64,000 nt of DNA from an uncultured Roseomonas sp. (GTDB taxonomy: Bacteria; Pseudomonadota; Alphaproteobacteria; Acetobacterales; Acetobacteraceae). The translations under genes were made by a program, and so were the position numbers. Shown here piece after piece: positions 9,137 to 21,924 of the stretch. The stretch spans positions 7,123-71,122 of the forward strand of contig CAXTEL010000008.1 in NCBI GenBank assembly GCA_964243365.1, read 5' to 3'. The notes under the pieces were generated by a model. That model saw only the letters and a program-made list of their open reading frames with translations. It had not been told where the DNA came from and did no database searches. Numbering within the stretch: position 1 is the stretch's first letter; every line of letters begins with the position of its first letter.

Positions 9137-10197
9137 TCGCGGGCGTGGTCGCGGACGACGCGGCGCTGCGCGCCCTGCGCCCGGATTGGGACGCGCTGTG
9201 GCGTCGGGCGGTAGGGGTGACGCCGTTCCATTCGCCGGCTTGGCTGCTGGCGTGGTGGGACGCCTTCGGCACCGGGATGCCGCGGGTCGCGACCCTGCGC
9301 GATGCAGCCGGGCGGCTGCTCGGGTTGCTGCCGCTCTACCTGCTCCCCGAGGACGGGTCGGCGAAGCTGCTGCTCATGGGCGTGGGCGTGTCGGACTACC
9401 TCGACGCCCTGCTCGACCCGGAAGCGCCGGCGGAGGCTCCCGGATGGCTGCTCGCGGCCGCGCTGGACGCGTCCGGCGACGCGGCGTCCTGCGACCTGAC
9501 CGACCTGCCGCCCGGGGCCGCGCTGCGCGAGGCGCCGGTTCCGGCGGGCTGGCGGGACGAGGGCGTGCACCCAACCGACCCCTGCCCGGTGCTGGCGCTG
9601 GCGCCCGGCGCCACCCTGGCCGGCAGCCTGCCCAAGGGCCGCCGCGACGCCCTGCGCAACGCCCGCAACCGCGCGCGGGAAGGCGGCGGCTGGACCTTGG
9701 AAACCGCCACGCCGGACACCGCGGGCGCGATGCTGGACGCGCTGGTGGCGCTGCACGGTGGCCGCTGGGCCGGGCAGGGGAAGCCGGGCGGCGTGCTGGC
9801 CGACCCCCGCGTGCTGGCGCTCCACCGCGAGGCCACCCCGGCGCTAGTGGCGGACGGGTCGCTGCGCCTGCAGCTGCTGCGGCTGGGCGGCGTGCCGGCG
9901 GCGGCGCACCACGCCTTCCTCGCCGCGGACGGGACGGTGCTGCTGTACCTCAGCGGCTACGACGCGGCGCGCGCCCGCGAGAGCCCGGGCGCCATCCTGC
10001 TCGGCGAGCTGATCGCGTCGATGCTGGCGGAAGGGAGGCGCGAGCTGCATTTCCTGCGTGGGCCCGAGGCTTACAAGTACGCCTGGGGCGCGGTGGATCG
10101 GCACAATGCGTCGCGCCGGCTCCGGCCCGATGCCGCGCGCCGAACGCGGCCGGATGCCCCGCCTCCACCACGGCCAGCCGGGAACGCGCCGCCGTGA
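9133..10197 (+). CDS. FemAB/CelD-like GNAT acyltransferase (Acetyltransf_6-type)
   Basis: GTGA overlap. N-terminal WDALW...TPFHSPAWLLAWW and C-terminal HFLRGPEAYKYAWGA are typical of CelD/BioF2-like GNAT proteins. Confidence 0.7.
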   Translation: MIAGVVADDAALRALRPDWDALWRRAVGVTPFHSPAWLLAWWDAFGTGMPRVATLRDAAGRLLGLLPLYLLPEDGSAKLLLMGVGVSDYLDALLDPEAPAEAPGWLLAAALDASGDAASCDLTDLPPGAALREAPVPAGWRDEGVHPTDPCPVLALAPGATLAGSLPKGRRDALRNARNRAREGGGWTLETATPDTAGAMLDALVALHGGRWAGQGKPGGVLADPRVLALHREATPALVADGSLRLQLLRLGGVPAAAHHAFLAADGTVLLYLSGYDAARARESPGAILLGELIASMLAEGRRELHFLRGPEAYKYAWGAVDRHNASRRLRPDAARRTRPDAPPPPRPAGNAPP

Positions 10198-11075
10198 GCC
10201 CGAACCATTACGCCGCGACGGAGGCGCTGCGCCTGTGCCTCGCGGGGGCGCTGTCGCCCGAGGTCGCCCTGGCTAGGCTCGTGCTCGCCGGGCTGTCGCC
10301 GGAGGACGTGGCGGCGCGGATGGCGGCGCTGCCCGTCGACGACCCGCGCGCCGCCGCCCTGTCCCGTCTGCACGCGCGCCAGCGGGGCGGGCTGGAGGAG
10401 TTGCGGGCCATGCTGGTGGCGGCGAGGCTGGACCACGAGGACGCGGCGCGGACGCCGGCCGAGGCAGTCGCTGGGGTCGCAGCCGCCTACGACCGCGCCG
10501 TGGCGCGCGCCCCGGAAGCCAGCGTCGCCGCCTACTCGCTGAACGACCCGGCGATCCTGGCGGCGGCGACGGCGGAGATCGTGGGCTGGCTGGCGGGGGC
10601 CGGGCTGATCGGGCCCGACCGGGACGTGCTGGACCTCGGCTGCGGCATCGGCCGGGTGGCGGCGGCGCTGGCTCCGCGCTGCCGGTCGGTGCTGGGGTTG
10701 GACGTATCGACGGGCATGGTGGCCGAGGCGCGCCGGCGGCACGGCGACGTCCCGGGCCTGCGCTTCGCGGCGACCGGCGGGCAGGACCTCGCCGCGCTGC
10801 CGGCCGCGAGCCTGGACCTCGTGCTGGCGGCCGACAGCTTCCCCTACCTGGTGCAGGCCGGGGGAGGGCTGGCGGACCGGCACGTGGCTGACGCCGCGCG
10901 CATCCTGCGGTCGGGCGGGGCGCTGGCCATCCTGAACCTGTCCTACGGGCGCGACGTCGCGAGCGACCGGGAAGACGCCGCCCGCTGGGCGGCCGGGCAC
11001 GGGATGGCGGTGGTGCTGGACGGCGGGCAGCCCTTCGCGCTGTGGGACGCGACGGCCTTCGTGCTGCGGCGGTGA
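10194..11075 (+). CDS. Class I SAM-dependent methyltransferase with N-terminal helical extension
   Basis: GTGA overlap. Motif I VLDLGCGIGRVA, then VLGLDVS and LRSGGALAILN. Confidence 0.8.
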   Translation: MSPNHYAATEALRLCLAGALSPEVALARLVLAGLSPEDVAARMAALPVDDPRAAALSRLHARQRGGLEELRAMLVAARLDHEDAARTPAEAVAGVAAAYDRAVARAPEASVAAYSLNDPAILAAATAEIVGWLAGAGLIGPDRDVLDLGCGIGRVAAALAPRCRSVLGLDVSTGMVAEARRRHGDVPGLRFAATGGQDLAALPAASLDLVLAADSFPYLVQAGGGLADRHVADAARILRSGGALAILNLSYGRDVASDREDAARWAAGHGMAVVLDGGQPFALWDATAFVLRR

Positions 11076-11086
11076 GGCTGGGCGGC

Positions 11087-11160
11087 TGGCTGGGGAACCT
11101 GGATTCGAACCAAGACTGTCCGAGTCAGAGTCGGAAGTTCTACCGTTAAACTATTCCCCA
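11087..11160 (-). tRNA. tRNA-Gln (anticodon CUG)
   Basis: 74 nt folded by hand. Acceptor UGGGGAA/UUCCCCA, D stem GUUU/GAAC, anticodon stem UCCGA/UCGGA with loop CUCUGAC, T stem CUUGG/CCAGG with loop UUCGAAU. U1:A72, G73 and an encoded CCA. Confidence 0.9.
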
Positions 11161-11294
11161 CCCGTCGGGCGGACCGAGGCCTTTCCCGATGGGGACGGGC
11201 GGATAACACGTGGGTCCGGCCCTCGCAACCGCCCTCGCACGAAAGGCCTTGCTCCCGGACGCGGGCTTGCCGGATCATCGGTCATCAATCCGAC

Positions 11295-14814
<3,520 letters not shown>

Positions 14815-14851
14815 TAGCCCTATCCCGGGGCGCGACCCGCGGACGCGCGGC

Positions 14852-16177
14852 GTGACCCCCGCCGCTCGGTTGTCGGGCGCCATCGCGCTGCTGGCCGCGA
14901 TGGAGGCCCAGCCGCGCCGCCCGGCCGACGCGGTCGCCAACGACTTCTTCCGCGCCCGTCGCTTCATCGGCGGCGGCGACCGCCGCGACGTGTCGGACCG
15001 CACCTGGGCCGTGGTGCGCGAGCGACTGCGCTTGGACTGGCACCTGGCGAGCGTCGGCGCGGCGCCCGCCGCCCGGCTGCTCGCGGCGGCGCACCTGCTC
15101 CTGGTTGGGGGCGAGTCGCTGGACGTCGTGGGTCGCGCCTTCAGCGGCGAGGGCCACGCCGAGCCGCCGCTAGCGGCCGCCGAGCGCGCCGCCCTGGCCG
15201 CGCTGCGCGGGCCGCTGGTCCGCCCCGACATGCCCGAGGCGGTGCGGCTGAACGTGCCGGAATGGGCACTGCCCGGGTTCCGCGCCCGCTACGGCGACGC
15301 GCTGCCCGAGGCGGCGGCGGCCATGTGCGGCCCGGCGCCGCTGGACCTGCGGGCCAACGCGCTGAAGGGGAGCCGGGAAGCCGCGCGCGCCGCGCTGGCG
15401 GCCGAGAGGATCGCTGCCGAGCCCACGCCACTCTCGCCCTGGGGCCTGCGGGTGCGGGGCCGCACGCCCGTCCTGGCCACCCGCGCCTTCCGCGAGGGTC
15501 TGGTGGAGATCCAGGACGAGGGCAGCCAGCTCATCGCGCTGCTGGCCGACGCCCGGCCCGGCGCGCGGGTAGCGGACTACTGCGCCGGGGCTGCGGGCAA
15601 AACGCTGGCGATGGCCGCCACCATGGGCAACCGCGGCCGCATCGTGGCGTGCGACGTGTCCGCCGCGCGCCTTTCCGGTGCCGCGCTGCGCCTGCGGCGG
15701 GGGGGCGTGGACAACGTCGAGACGCACCTGCTGGAGCCCGGCGACCGCTGGGTCAAGCGGCGCGCGGGGCAGTTCGACCGCGTGCTGGTGGACGCACCCT
15801 GCACCGGCACCGGCACCTGGCGGCGCAACCCCGACGCCCGGACGCGGACCGGGCCGGGCGACCTCGCGGAGCTGGTGACCAAGCAGCGCCACATCCTCGA
15901 CGGCGCAGCTTCCCTGGTGCGTCCCGGCGGGAGACTGGTCTACGCTACCTGTTCGGTGCTGCCCGAGGAGGACGAGGTACAGGTGAACGGCCTGCTGGAG
16001 CGTCGCCCGGAGTTCAGCGTCCTGCCGCTCGCCGCGGCCTGGGCCGGTTCGGCCGAACGGCAGCCGGGGATGGGGCCGCCGCCCGGTGCGGGACCTTTCA
16101 TGGCGCTGGCCCCGCACGATCGGGAAACGGACGGCTTCTTCTGCGCGGTGCTGGAGCGCCGCGGCAGCACCGCGTGA
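14852..16177 (+). CDS. RsmB/NOP-family SAM-dependent RNA (cytosine-C5) methyltransferase
   Basis: VADYCAGAAGKT, VLVDAPCTGTGTWRRNPD and LVYATCS motifs. Confidence 0.8.
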   Translation: MTPAARLSGAIALLAAMEAQPRRPADAVANDFFRARRFIGGGDRRDVSDRTWAVVRERLRLDWHLASVGAAPAARLLAAAHLLLVGGESLDVVGRAFSGEGHAEPPLAAAERAALAALRGPLVRPDMPEAVRLNVPEWALPGFRARYGDALPEAAAAMCGPAPLDLRANALKGSREAARAALAAERIAAEPTPLSPWGLRVRGRTPVLATRAFREGLVEIQDEGSQLIALLADARPGARVADYCAGAAGKTLAMAATMGNRGRIVACDVSAARLSGAALRLRRGGVDNVETHLLEPGDRWVKRRAGQFDRVLVDAPCTGTGTWRRNPDARTRTGPGDLAELVTKQRHILDGAASLVRPGGRLVYATCSVLPEEDEVQVNGLLERRPEFSVLPLAAAWAGSAERQPGMGPPPGAGPFMALAPHDRETDGFFCAVLERRGSTA

Positions 16178-16725
16178 TCAGCATCCGGCGGGCGAGGCCG
16201 GAGGACGCCGCGGCGATTGGCGGCGTGCACGTCCTCGCCTGGCGCGACAGCTACGCCGGGATGCTGCCCGACCGCTTCCTGGCCGAAATGTCGCCGGGGC
16301 GGATCGCCAGCGGCTACCAGCGCGGCATGCTGGCGCGACGCGGCGGCGAGGCGGTGTTCGTGGCCGAGGCCGCGGAGGAGCCTTCCGGCCCGATCGGCTT
16401 CGCTTCGGCCTCGCGCGCCCGGCGCGCGGGCATGGGCGACGGCGAGATCGAGACCCTGTACGTGTTGCCGGACTGGCGCGACCAGGGCATCGGGCGGCGG
16501 CTGCTGCGCGCCTCCGCCGCCCACCTCGCGGCCATAGGCTGCGGCTCGGCCATGCTGTGGGTGCTGTCCGGGAACCACGCGCGCTTCTTCTACCGCCGGC
16601 TGGGCGGGCGGCCCGTGGCCCGCGAGATGATCCGGGTGGGCGGGCGCGACGTCGAGCAGACTGCCATCGCCTGGAATCCCATCGGCACGCTGCTGGCCGC
16701 GACCGCGGTGCAACGGCAGGGGTAG
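16174..16725 (+). CDS. GNAT family N-acetyltransferase
   Basis: GTGA overlap with rsmB. RDQGIGRRLLRASAAHLAA fits the acetyl-CoA motif (Q/RxxGxG/A). Confidence 0.8.
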   Translation: MISIRRARPEDAAAIGGVHVLAWRDSYAGMLPDRFLAEMSPGRIASGYQRGMLARRGGEAVFVAEAAEEPSGPIGFASASRARRAGMGDGEIETLYVLPDWRDQGIGRRLLRASAAHLAAIGCGSAMLWVLSGNHARFFYRRLGGRPVAREMIRVGGRDVEQTAIAWNPIGTLLAATAVQRQG

Positions 16726-16903
16726 GCTAAGGCGGGCCGCGCAGCCGGGCGACGTGCGCGCGGGCAGCGGGTGCGCACGGCTGGCGGCGCCGACGCTGGC
16801 GCCATATCGGGGTCGGGGCCGGGTGGTGTCCTAATTCAATTCCGATACGACCCGGACACGATGTCGGCGCAGTCCAGGCAGCTGGGATCGGAGGGAGGAA
16901 ATC

Positions 16904-17395
16904 ATGTCGGTCACGGTGAAACACCTGGCCCAACAGGATGCCGGCGACTTCCGGCATATTCGACTGGAGGGTTTCCGTCTCCAAGACCGTGAGTTTCGCT
17001 CCTCCCCCGAAGATGAAGCTTCGGTCGTGGAAGCGGCAGCGCGGCTGGAGCAGGACTTCGTCGTTGGTGCCTACGAAGCGCACGACCTGATCGGGATTGC
17101 CGGCCTGTCGCGCGTCATCGGGACGAAGTTGAAGCACAAGGCGCTTCTATGGGGCATGTATGTCAGGGCAGCGCATCGCGGTTCCGGCGTGTCCGACGCG
17201 ATCATGCGTGCACTCGTCGATCGCGCACGGCTGGACGTGGAAAGCATCATCCTGACGGTGGTGAACGGCAACCGTCCTGCCGTTCGCTTCTACGAGCGCT
17301 GGGGCTTCCGAACCTACGGCGTGGAGCCGGCCTCGGTGAGGCTTGCTGACGGATCGTACCTGGACGAAGCGCTGATGATCCGGCGACTCGCCTAG
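16904..17395 (+). CDS. GNAT family N-acetyltransferase (lower-GC gene)
   Basis: Strong [30 protein letters not shown] motif. Three hand-counted 60-nt windows are 58-62% GC versus about 78% just upstream. Confidence 0.8.
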   Translation: MSVTVKHLAQQDAGDFRHIRLEGFRLQDREFRSSPEDEASVVEAAARLEQDFVVGAYEAHDLIGIAGLSRVIGTKLKHKALLWGMYVRAAHRGSGVSDAIMRALVDRARLDVESIILTVVNGNRPAVRFYERWGFRTYGVEPASVRLADGSYLDEALMIRRLA

Positions 17396-17490
17396 CTTCT
17401 GCTTCCCGACCCTTTGCGGAAATTCGAACCGAGCCAATGCCGCCGGGCATCGGGGTTGACGGGCGCGCGGCGTTCGTGCTGCACGCCGCC

Positions 17491-19113
17491 ATGGCACAGC
17501 AGAGCGTGACGCCGGCCGGCACGGCCCTCCAGGCGCCCGGGGACGACGCGCCCGGCGGCGCGACCGGGCACGACCACATCCTGATCCTAGATTTCGGCAG
17601 CCAGGTGACCCAGCTCATCGCCCGCCGGGTGCGCGAGAGCGGCGTCTACTGCGAGGTCTGGCCCTACACCGCGGACGCCGGGCGAATCCGCGGCTTCGCG
17701 CCGCGCGGCATCATCCTGTCCGGCGGCCCGTCCAGCGTGACGGAAGGCGAGAGCCCGCGCGCGTCCCAGGCGGTGTTCGAGATGGGCCTGCCGGTGCTGG
17801 GCATCTGCTACGGCCAGCAGGCTATGGCGGCGCAGCTCGGCGGCGCGGTGCGGGGCAGCGACCACCGCGAGTTCGGCCGCGCCTTCGTGGAGGTGTCGGA
17901 GGAGTGTTCGCTGACCCGGGGCGTCTGGGCGCCGGGAGCGCGAGAGCAGGTCTGGATGAGCCACAGCGACCGCATCACTGAGCTGCCACCGGGCTTTCGT
18001 GCCGTGGCGCGTTCCGAGGGGGCGCCCTTCGCGGTGATCGCCGACGAGGCACGGCACTTCTACGGCACCATGTTCCACCCCGAGGTCGTGCACACCCCGC
18101 ACGGCGCGGCGCTGCTGCGCAACTTCACCCACGGCGTGTGCGGATGCGCCGGCGACTGGACCATGGAAGCCTTCCGCGCCGAGGCCGTGGCACGCATCCG
18201 CGCGCAGGTGGGTACGGGCCGGGTGGTGTGCGGCCTGTCGGGCGGGGTGGATTCCTCCGTCGCGGCGGCGCTGATCCACGAGGCGATCGGCGACCAACTC
18301 ACCTGCATCTTCGTGGACCACGGGCTCCTGCGGGAAGGCGAGGGACGCCAAGTGGTGGAAACCTTCCGCGACCGCTTCGGCGGCGGGCTGGTGCATCGCG
18401 ACGCGTCCGCGCTGTTCCTCGGCGCGCTGGCCGGCACCACCGACCCGGAGGCCAAGCGCAAGGCCATCGGCCGGTTGTTCATCGAGGTGTTCGAGGAGGA
18501 GCAGGCGCGGCTCGGCGGTGCCGACTTCCTGGCCCAGGGCACGCTGTATCCGGACGTGATCGAGAGCGTTTCCGCCACCGGCGGGCCGTCGGTCACCATC
18601 AAGTCGCACCACAATGTCGGCGGCCTGCCCGAGCGGATGCGGATGCGGCTGGTGGAACCGCTGCGCGAGCTGTTCAAGGACGAGGTGCGCGCGCTGGGCC
18701 GCGAACTGGGGCTGCCAGAGACGATCATCGGCCGCCACCCGTTCCCCGGGCCGGGCCTGGCCATCCGCATCCCCGGCGAGGTGACGCCGGAGCGGGTTGC
18801 GACGTTGCAGCGGGCGGACGCGATCTTCCTCGACGAGATACGCGCGGCCGGGCTGTACGACGCGATCTGGCAGGCCTTCGCCGTGCTGCTGCCGGTGCGC
18901 ACGGTGGGCGTGATGGGCGACGGACGCACCTACGACAACGCCCTGGCGCTGCGCGCGGTGACCAGCACCGACGGCATGACGGCCGAAGTGTACCCCTTCG
19001 AGGTGGCGTTCCTGTCGCGGGTGGCCAACCGCATCGTCAACGAGGTGCGCGGCATCAACCGCGTCGCCTACGACGTGACCAGCAAGCCGCCCGGCACCAT
19101 CGAGTGGGAGTGA
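17491..19113 (+). CDS. guaA: GMP synthase (glutamine-hydrolysing)
   Basis: [35 protein letters not shown] and C-terminal [12 protein letters not shown] at 17491 preferred over the track start at 17437. Confidence 0.95.
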   Translation: MAQQSVTPAGTALQAPGDDAPGGATGHDHILILDFGSQVTQLIARRVRESGVYCEVWPYTADAGRIRGFAPRGIILSGGPSSVTEGESPRASQAVFEMGLPVLGICYGQQAMAAQLGGAVRGSDHREFGRAFVEVSEECSLTRGVWAPGAREQVWMSHSDRITELPPGFRAVARSEGAPFAVIADEARHFYGTMFHPEVVHTPHGAALLRNFTHGVCGCAGDWTMEAFRAEAVARIRAQVGTGRVVCGLSGGVDSSVAAALIHEAIGDQLTCIFVDHGLLREGEGRQVVETFRDRFGGGLVHRDASALFLGALAGTTDPEAKRKAIGRLFIEVFEEEQARLGGADFLAQGTLYPDVIESVSATGGPSVTIKSHHNVGGLPERMRMRLVEPLRELFKDEVRALGRELGLPETIIGRHPFPGPGLAIRIPGEVTPERVATLQRADAIFLDEIRAAGLYDAIWQAFAVLLPVRTVGVMGDGRTYDNALALRAVTSTDGMTAEVYPFEVAFLSRVANRIVNEVRGINRVAYDVTSKPPGTIEWE

Positions 19114-19306
19114 GGCCGTCGAGCGAGCGCATTTCCTGAGCAGTCCGGCGGGTCAGCGGCCCGGTCTGCCTGTCCCTTGGGCGCCGCGCCTCACCGGAGG
19201 ACGAGAACGCAGCCACCGCGCCCTTGTGACGCCCGGCGCGGTTTCACGACACTCCCTCCCGTCCGGCCGGCAGCTCGTGGCCGGCTCCTCGCACCGGGAG
19301 ACTCGA

Positions 19307-20335
19307 ATGATCCGTTCCGTCGCCGCCGCGCTCGGCTTCCTCACCGCCGCGCTGCCGTTCGCGGCGCCCGCCCAGTCCCAGCCGGGCGCTGGCGACATGG
19401 TGGCGACGATCCGCCAGCGCGGCGTCCTGCTGTGCTCGGTGGCGCCGTCCACCGGCGGCTTCAGCCTGCCCAACAGCCGCGGCGTGTGGGAAGGGCTGGA
19501 CGTGGACGGCTGCCGCTCCGTGGCCACGGCCATCCTGGGAGACGCCAGCAAGGTCCGCTACGTCCCGTCCTCCACCCAGAACCGCTTCACTATGCTGCAA
19601 TCGGGCGAGGTGGACCTGCTGGTGCGCAACACCACCTGGACGCTGTCGCGGGAAGCCTCGCTGGGCCTCGAGTTCGCCACCGTCAACTTCTACGACGGCC
19701 AGGGTTTCATGGTGAAGAAGTCGGCCAACATCACCTCGGCCAAGCAGCTCGACGGCGCCACGGTGTGCGTCCAGCCCGGCTCCACCACCGAGCTGAACCT
19801 GGGCGACTACTTCCGCAGCAACGGCATGCGCTTCACCCCGGTGGTGATCGAGGCCATCGACGAAATACGCAACGCCTTCATCAGCGGCCGCTGCGACGCC
19901 TACACCAACGACGCCTCCTCGCTCGCCTCGTTCCGCTCCAGCCAGGGCACCAACGCCGAGCAGTACGTGCTGCTGCCCGAGATCATCTCCAAGGAGCCGC
20001 TGGGGGCGGTGATCCGCAAGGGCGACTGGAAGTTCTTCGACATCGTCCGCTGGACCCACTTCGCGCAGCTGACGGCCGAGGAGCTAGGCATCACCAGCCA
20101 GAACACCGCGCAGTTCGAGGACAACAACAATCCGGACGTGCAGCGCTTCATCGGCCGCACCGGCGACCTCGGGAAGATGCTGGGGCTGAACCCGGACTGG
20201 GCGGTGCAGGTCGTCCGCCAGGTCGGCAACTTCGGCGAGGTGTGGGAGCGCAACATCACGCCGCTCGGCGTGCAGCGCGGCCTCAACAACCTGTGGAACC
20301 GCGGCGGGCTGCAGTACGCGCCCCCAATGCGTTGA
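19307..20335 (+). CDS. General L-amino-acid ABC transporter substrate-binding protein (AapJ/BztA-like), copy 1
   Basis: Signal peptide MIRSVAAALGFLTAALPFAAPAQS. GVLLCSV...GFS, DVDGCRSVA, SGEVDLLVRNTTWT and YDGQGFMV. Confidence 0.8.
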   Translation: MIRSVAAALGFLTAALPFAAPAQSQPGAGDMVATIRQRGVLLCSVAPSTGGFSLPNSRGVWEGLDVDGCRSVATAILGDASKVRYVPSSTQNRFTMLQSGEVDLLVRNTTWTLSREASLGLEFATVNFYDGQGFMVKKSANITSAKQLDGATVCVQPGSTTELNLGDYFRSNGMRFTPVVIEAIDEIRNAFISGRCDAYTNDASSLASFRSSQGTNAEQYVLLPEIISKEPLGAVIRKGDWKFFDIVRWTHFAQLTAEELGITSQNTAQFEDNNNPDVQRFIGRTGDLGKMLGLNPDWAVQVVRQVGNFGEVWERNITPLGVQRGLNNLWNRGGLQYAPPMR

Positions 20336-20348
20336 GGGAGGAACGTCG

Positions 20349-21383
20349 GTGACTGGCCGGCTGTCCCTGCTCCTCGTCGGCCTGCTGCTGGCCGGCGGCG
20401 CGCTGGCGCAGCCCGGCCGCGCGTCGGCGCAGCCCGCCCCGGACACACTGGCGGCGGTGCGCGCCCGCGGCGCGCTGCTGTGCGGCGTAACCCCGAACAC
20501 GGTGGGCTTCGCCGCGCCCGACAGCCGCGGCGAGTGGCGCGGCCTAGACGCCGACTACTGCCGCGCCGTGGCGACCGCCGCGCTGGGCGATCCCGCCAAG
20601 GTGCGCTTCGTGCCTACCACGGCGCAGAACCGCTTCACCGCGCTGCAGTCGGGCGAGGTGGACATGCTGTCGCGCGCCACGACCTGGACGTTGGGGCGCG
20701 AGGCGCAGCTCGGGCTCGCCTTCGCGGGCGTGAACTACTACGACGGCAACGCCTTCCTGGTGCACCGGCGCCTGGGCGTGGACAGCGCGACCAAGCTGGA
20801 CGGCGCTTCCGTCTGTCTCCAGCCCGGCTCCACCACGGAGCTGAACGTGGCCGATTACTTCCGCCGCAACGGGATGCGGCTGCGGCCGCTGCTGATCGAG
20901 AACCTGGAGGAGCTGCGCGCCGCCTTCGCGTCTGGCCGCTGCGACGCCTACGCGTCCGACACCTCCACGCTGGCGGCGTTCCGGGTGGGGCAGGGCGGGC
21001 TGGCCGCGGACTACGCGCTGCTGCCGGAGGTGTTCTCCAAGGAGCCGCTCGGCCCGGCGGTGCGCAAGGGCGACTGGCGCTGGTTCGACCTCGTGCGCTG
21101 GACCCACTTCGCGCTGCTCGCCGCCGAGGAGATGGGCATCACCGCCGCCAACGCCGCCGCCATGGCGGAGAGTCCGAGCCCCGACGTGCAGCGCTTCGTC
21201 GGCCGGAGCGGCGACCTGGGCCGGATGCTGGGCGTGGAGAACGACTGGGCGCTGCGGGTGGTGCGGGCGGTGGGCAACTTCGGCGAGATCTGGGAGCGAA
21301 ACGTGACGCCGACGGGCCAGCCGCGGGGTGTCAACGCGCCGTGGAACCGCGGCGGCCTGATGTACGCGCCGCCGATGCGCTGA
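20349..21383 (+). CDS. AapJ/BztA-like substrate-binding protein, copy 2 (tandem paralog)
   Basis: GTG start after SD GAGGGAGGA. Same motif series as copy 1 (DADYCRAVA, SGEVDMLSRATTWT, YDGNAFLV). Confidence 0.8.
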   Translation: MTGRLSLLLVGLLLAGGALAQPGRASAQPAPDTLAAVRARGALLCGVTPNTVGFAAPDSRGEWRGLDADYCRAVATAALGDPAKVRFVPTTAQNRFTALQSGEVDMLSRATTWTLGREAQLGLAFAGVNYYDGNAFLVHRRLGVDSATKLDGASVCLQPGSTTELNVADYFRRNGMRLRPLLIENLEELRAAFASGRCDAYASDTSTLAAFRVGQGGLAADYALLPEVFSKEPLGPAVRKGDWRWFDLVRWTHFALLAAEEMGITAANAAAMAESPSPDVQRFVGRSGDLGRMLGVENDWALRVVRAVGNFGEIWERNVTPTGQPRGVNAPWNRGGLMYAPPMR

Positions 21384-21386
21384 GGC

Positions 21387-21424
21387 GGCCGGGGTGGCTT
21401 CTGGTCACGGGACGCCGGCCTTTT
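21387..21424 (+). terminator. Possible intrinsic terminator after the second aapJ-like gene
   Basis: GGCCGG...CCGGCC arms with an imperfect inner stem, followed by TTTTGC. Confidence 0.35.
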
Positions 21425-21589
21425 GCGCCGGTGCGGTCCGTCGGCCGGCGCGGCAAGTGCCGCGACGCGTGGGCGCGCCCGGTCGCATCGGGTTCCGGAG
21501 CCGGCGGGGACAGGATAGGGTGACGATCCAACGTCGCGCCCGATTACCGGCCGGCGCGTGCAATCCTGGCGGAAGGGGGCGTCTCGTTC

Positions 21590-21865
21590 ATGGCCGAGGA
21601 TGAAGGCGGGGAGGGACCGTCCCGGCTGCGTGGGGGAGCGGCACCGAGGCAGACGCGCCGCCTGTCCGACAAGATCCTGATTGCCTTCCACCACGCTTGC
21701 GACCAGGAGGACTTCGAGGTGGCGGAGGAACTCCTGCGCCTGCTGGAGCTGATGCTGACCCGCCGGCCGGTGCAACCGGACGTGAACCGCCGCAAGAACA
21801 TGGAGAGCCTGATCGCGGCGCACGAGCGGCTCTGGCTCCTACGCCACCCCGACGCCCGGCGCTGA
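21590..21865 (+). CDS. Small hypothetical protein (91 aa)
   Basis: ATG with an upstream GGAAGGGGG. Helical core DKILIAFHHACDQEDFEVAEELLRLLELML has normal protein composition. Confidence 0.5.
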   Translation: MAEDEGGEGPSRLRGGAAPRQTRRLSDKILIAFHHACDQEDFEVAEELLRLLELMLTRRPVQPDVNRRKNMESLIAAHERLWLLRHPDARR

Positions 21866-21924
21866 CGGTCGGGCGCGAGGCCCGGCCCGGCAACCCGGAC
21901 GCGCCCGTCGGGCCGGTCGGCGTC

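Noticed and set aside
3506-11160. Idea that the sugar operon is a tRNA-Gln-associated genomic island
   Set aside because: The operon ends 12 nt from the tRNA 3' end. However, I found no integrase, no partial tRNA direct repeat at a distal boundary and no GC deviation from the flanks.
16727-17137. 136-aa minus-strand ORF opposite the lower-GC GNAT gene
   Set aside because: No motifs. The sense strand has a strong SD and a GNAT acetyl-CoA motif.
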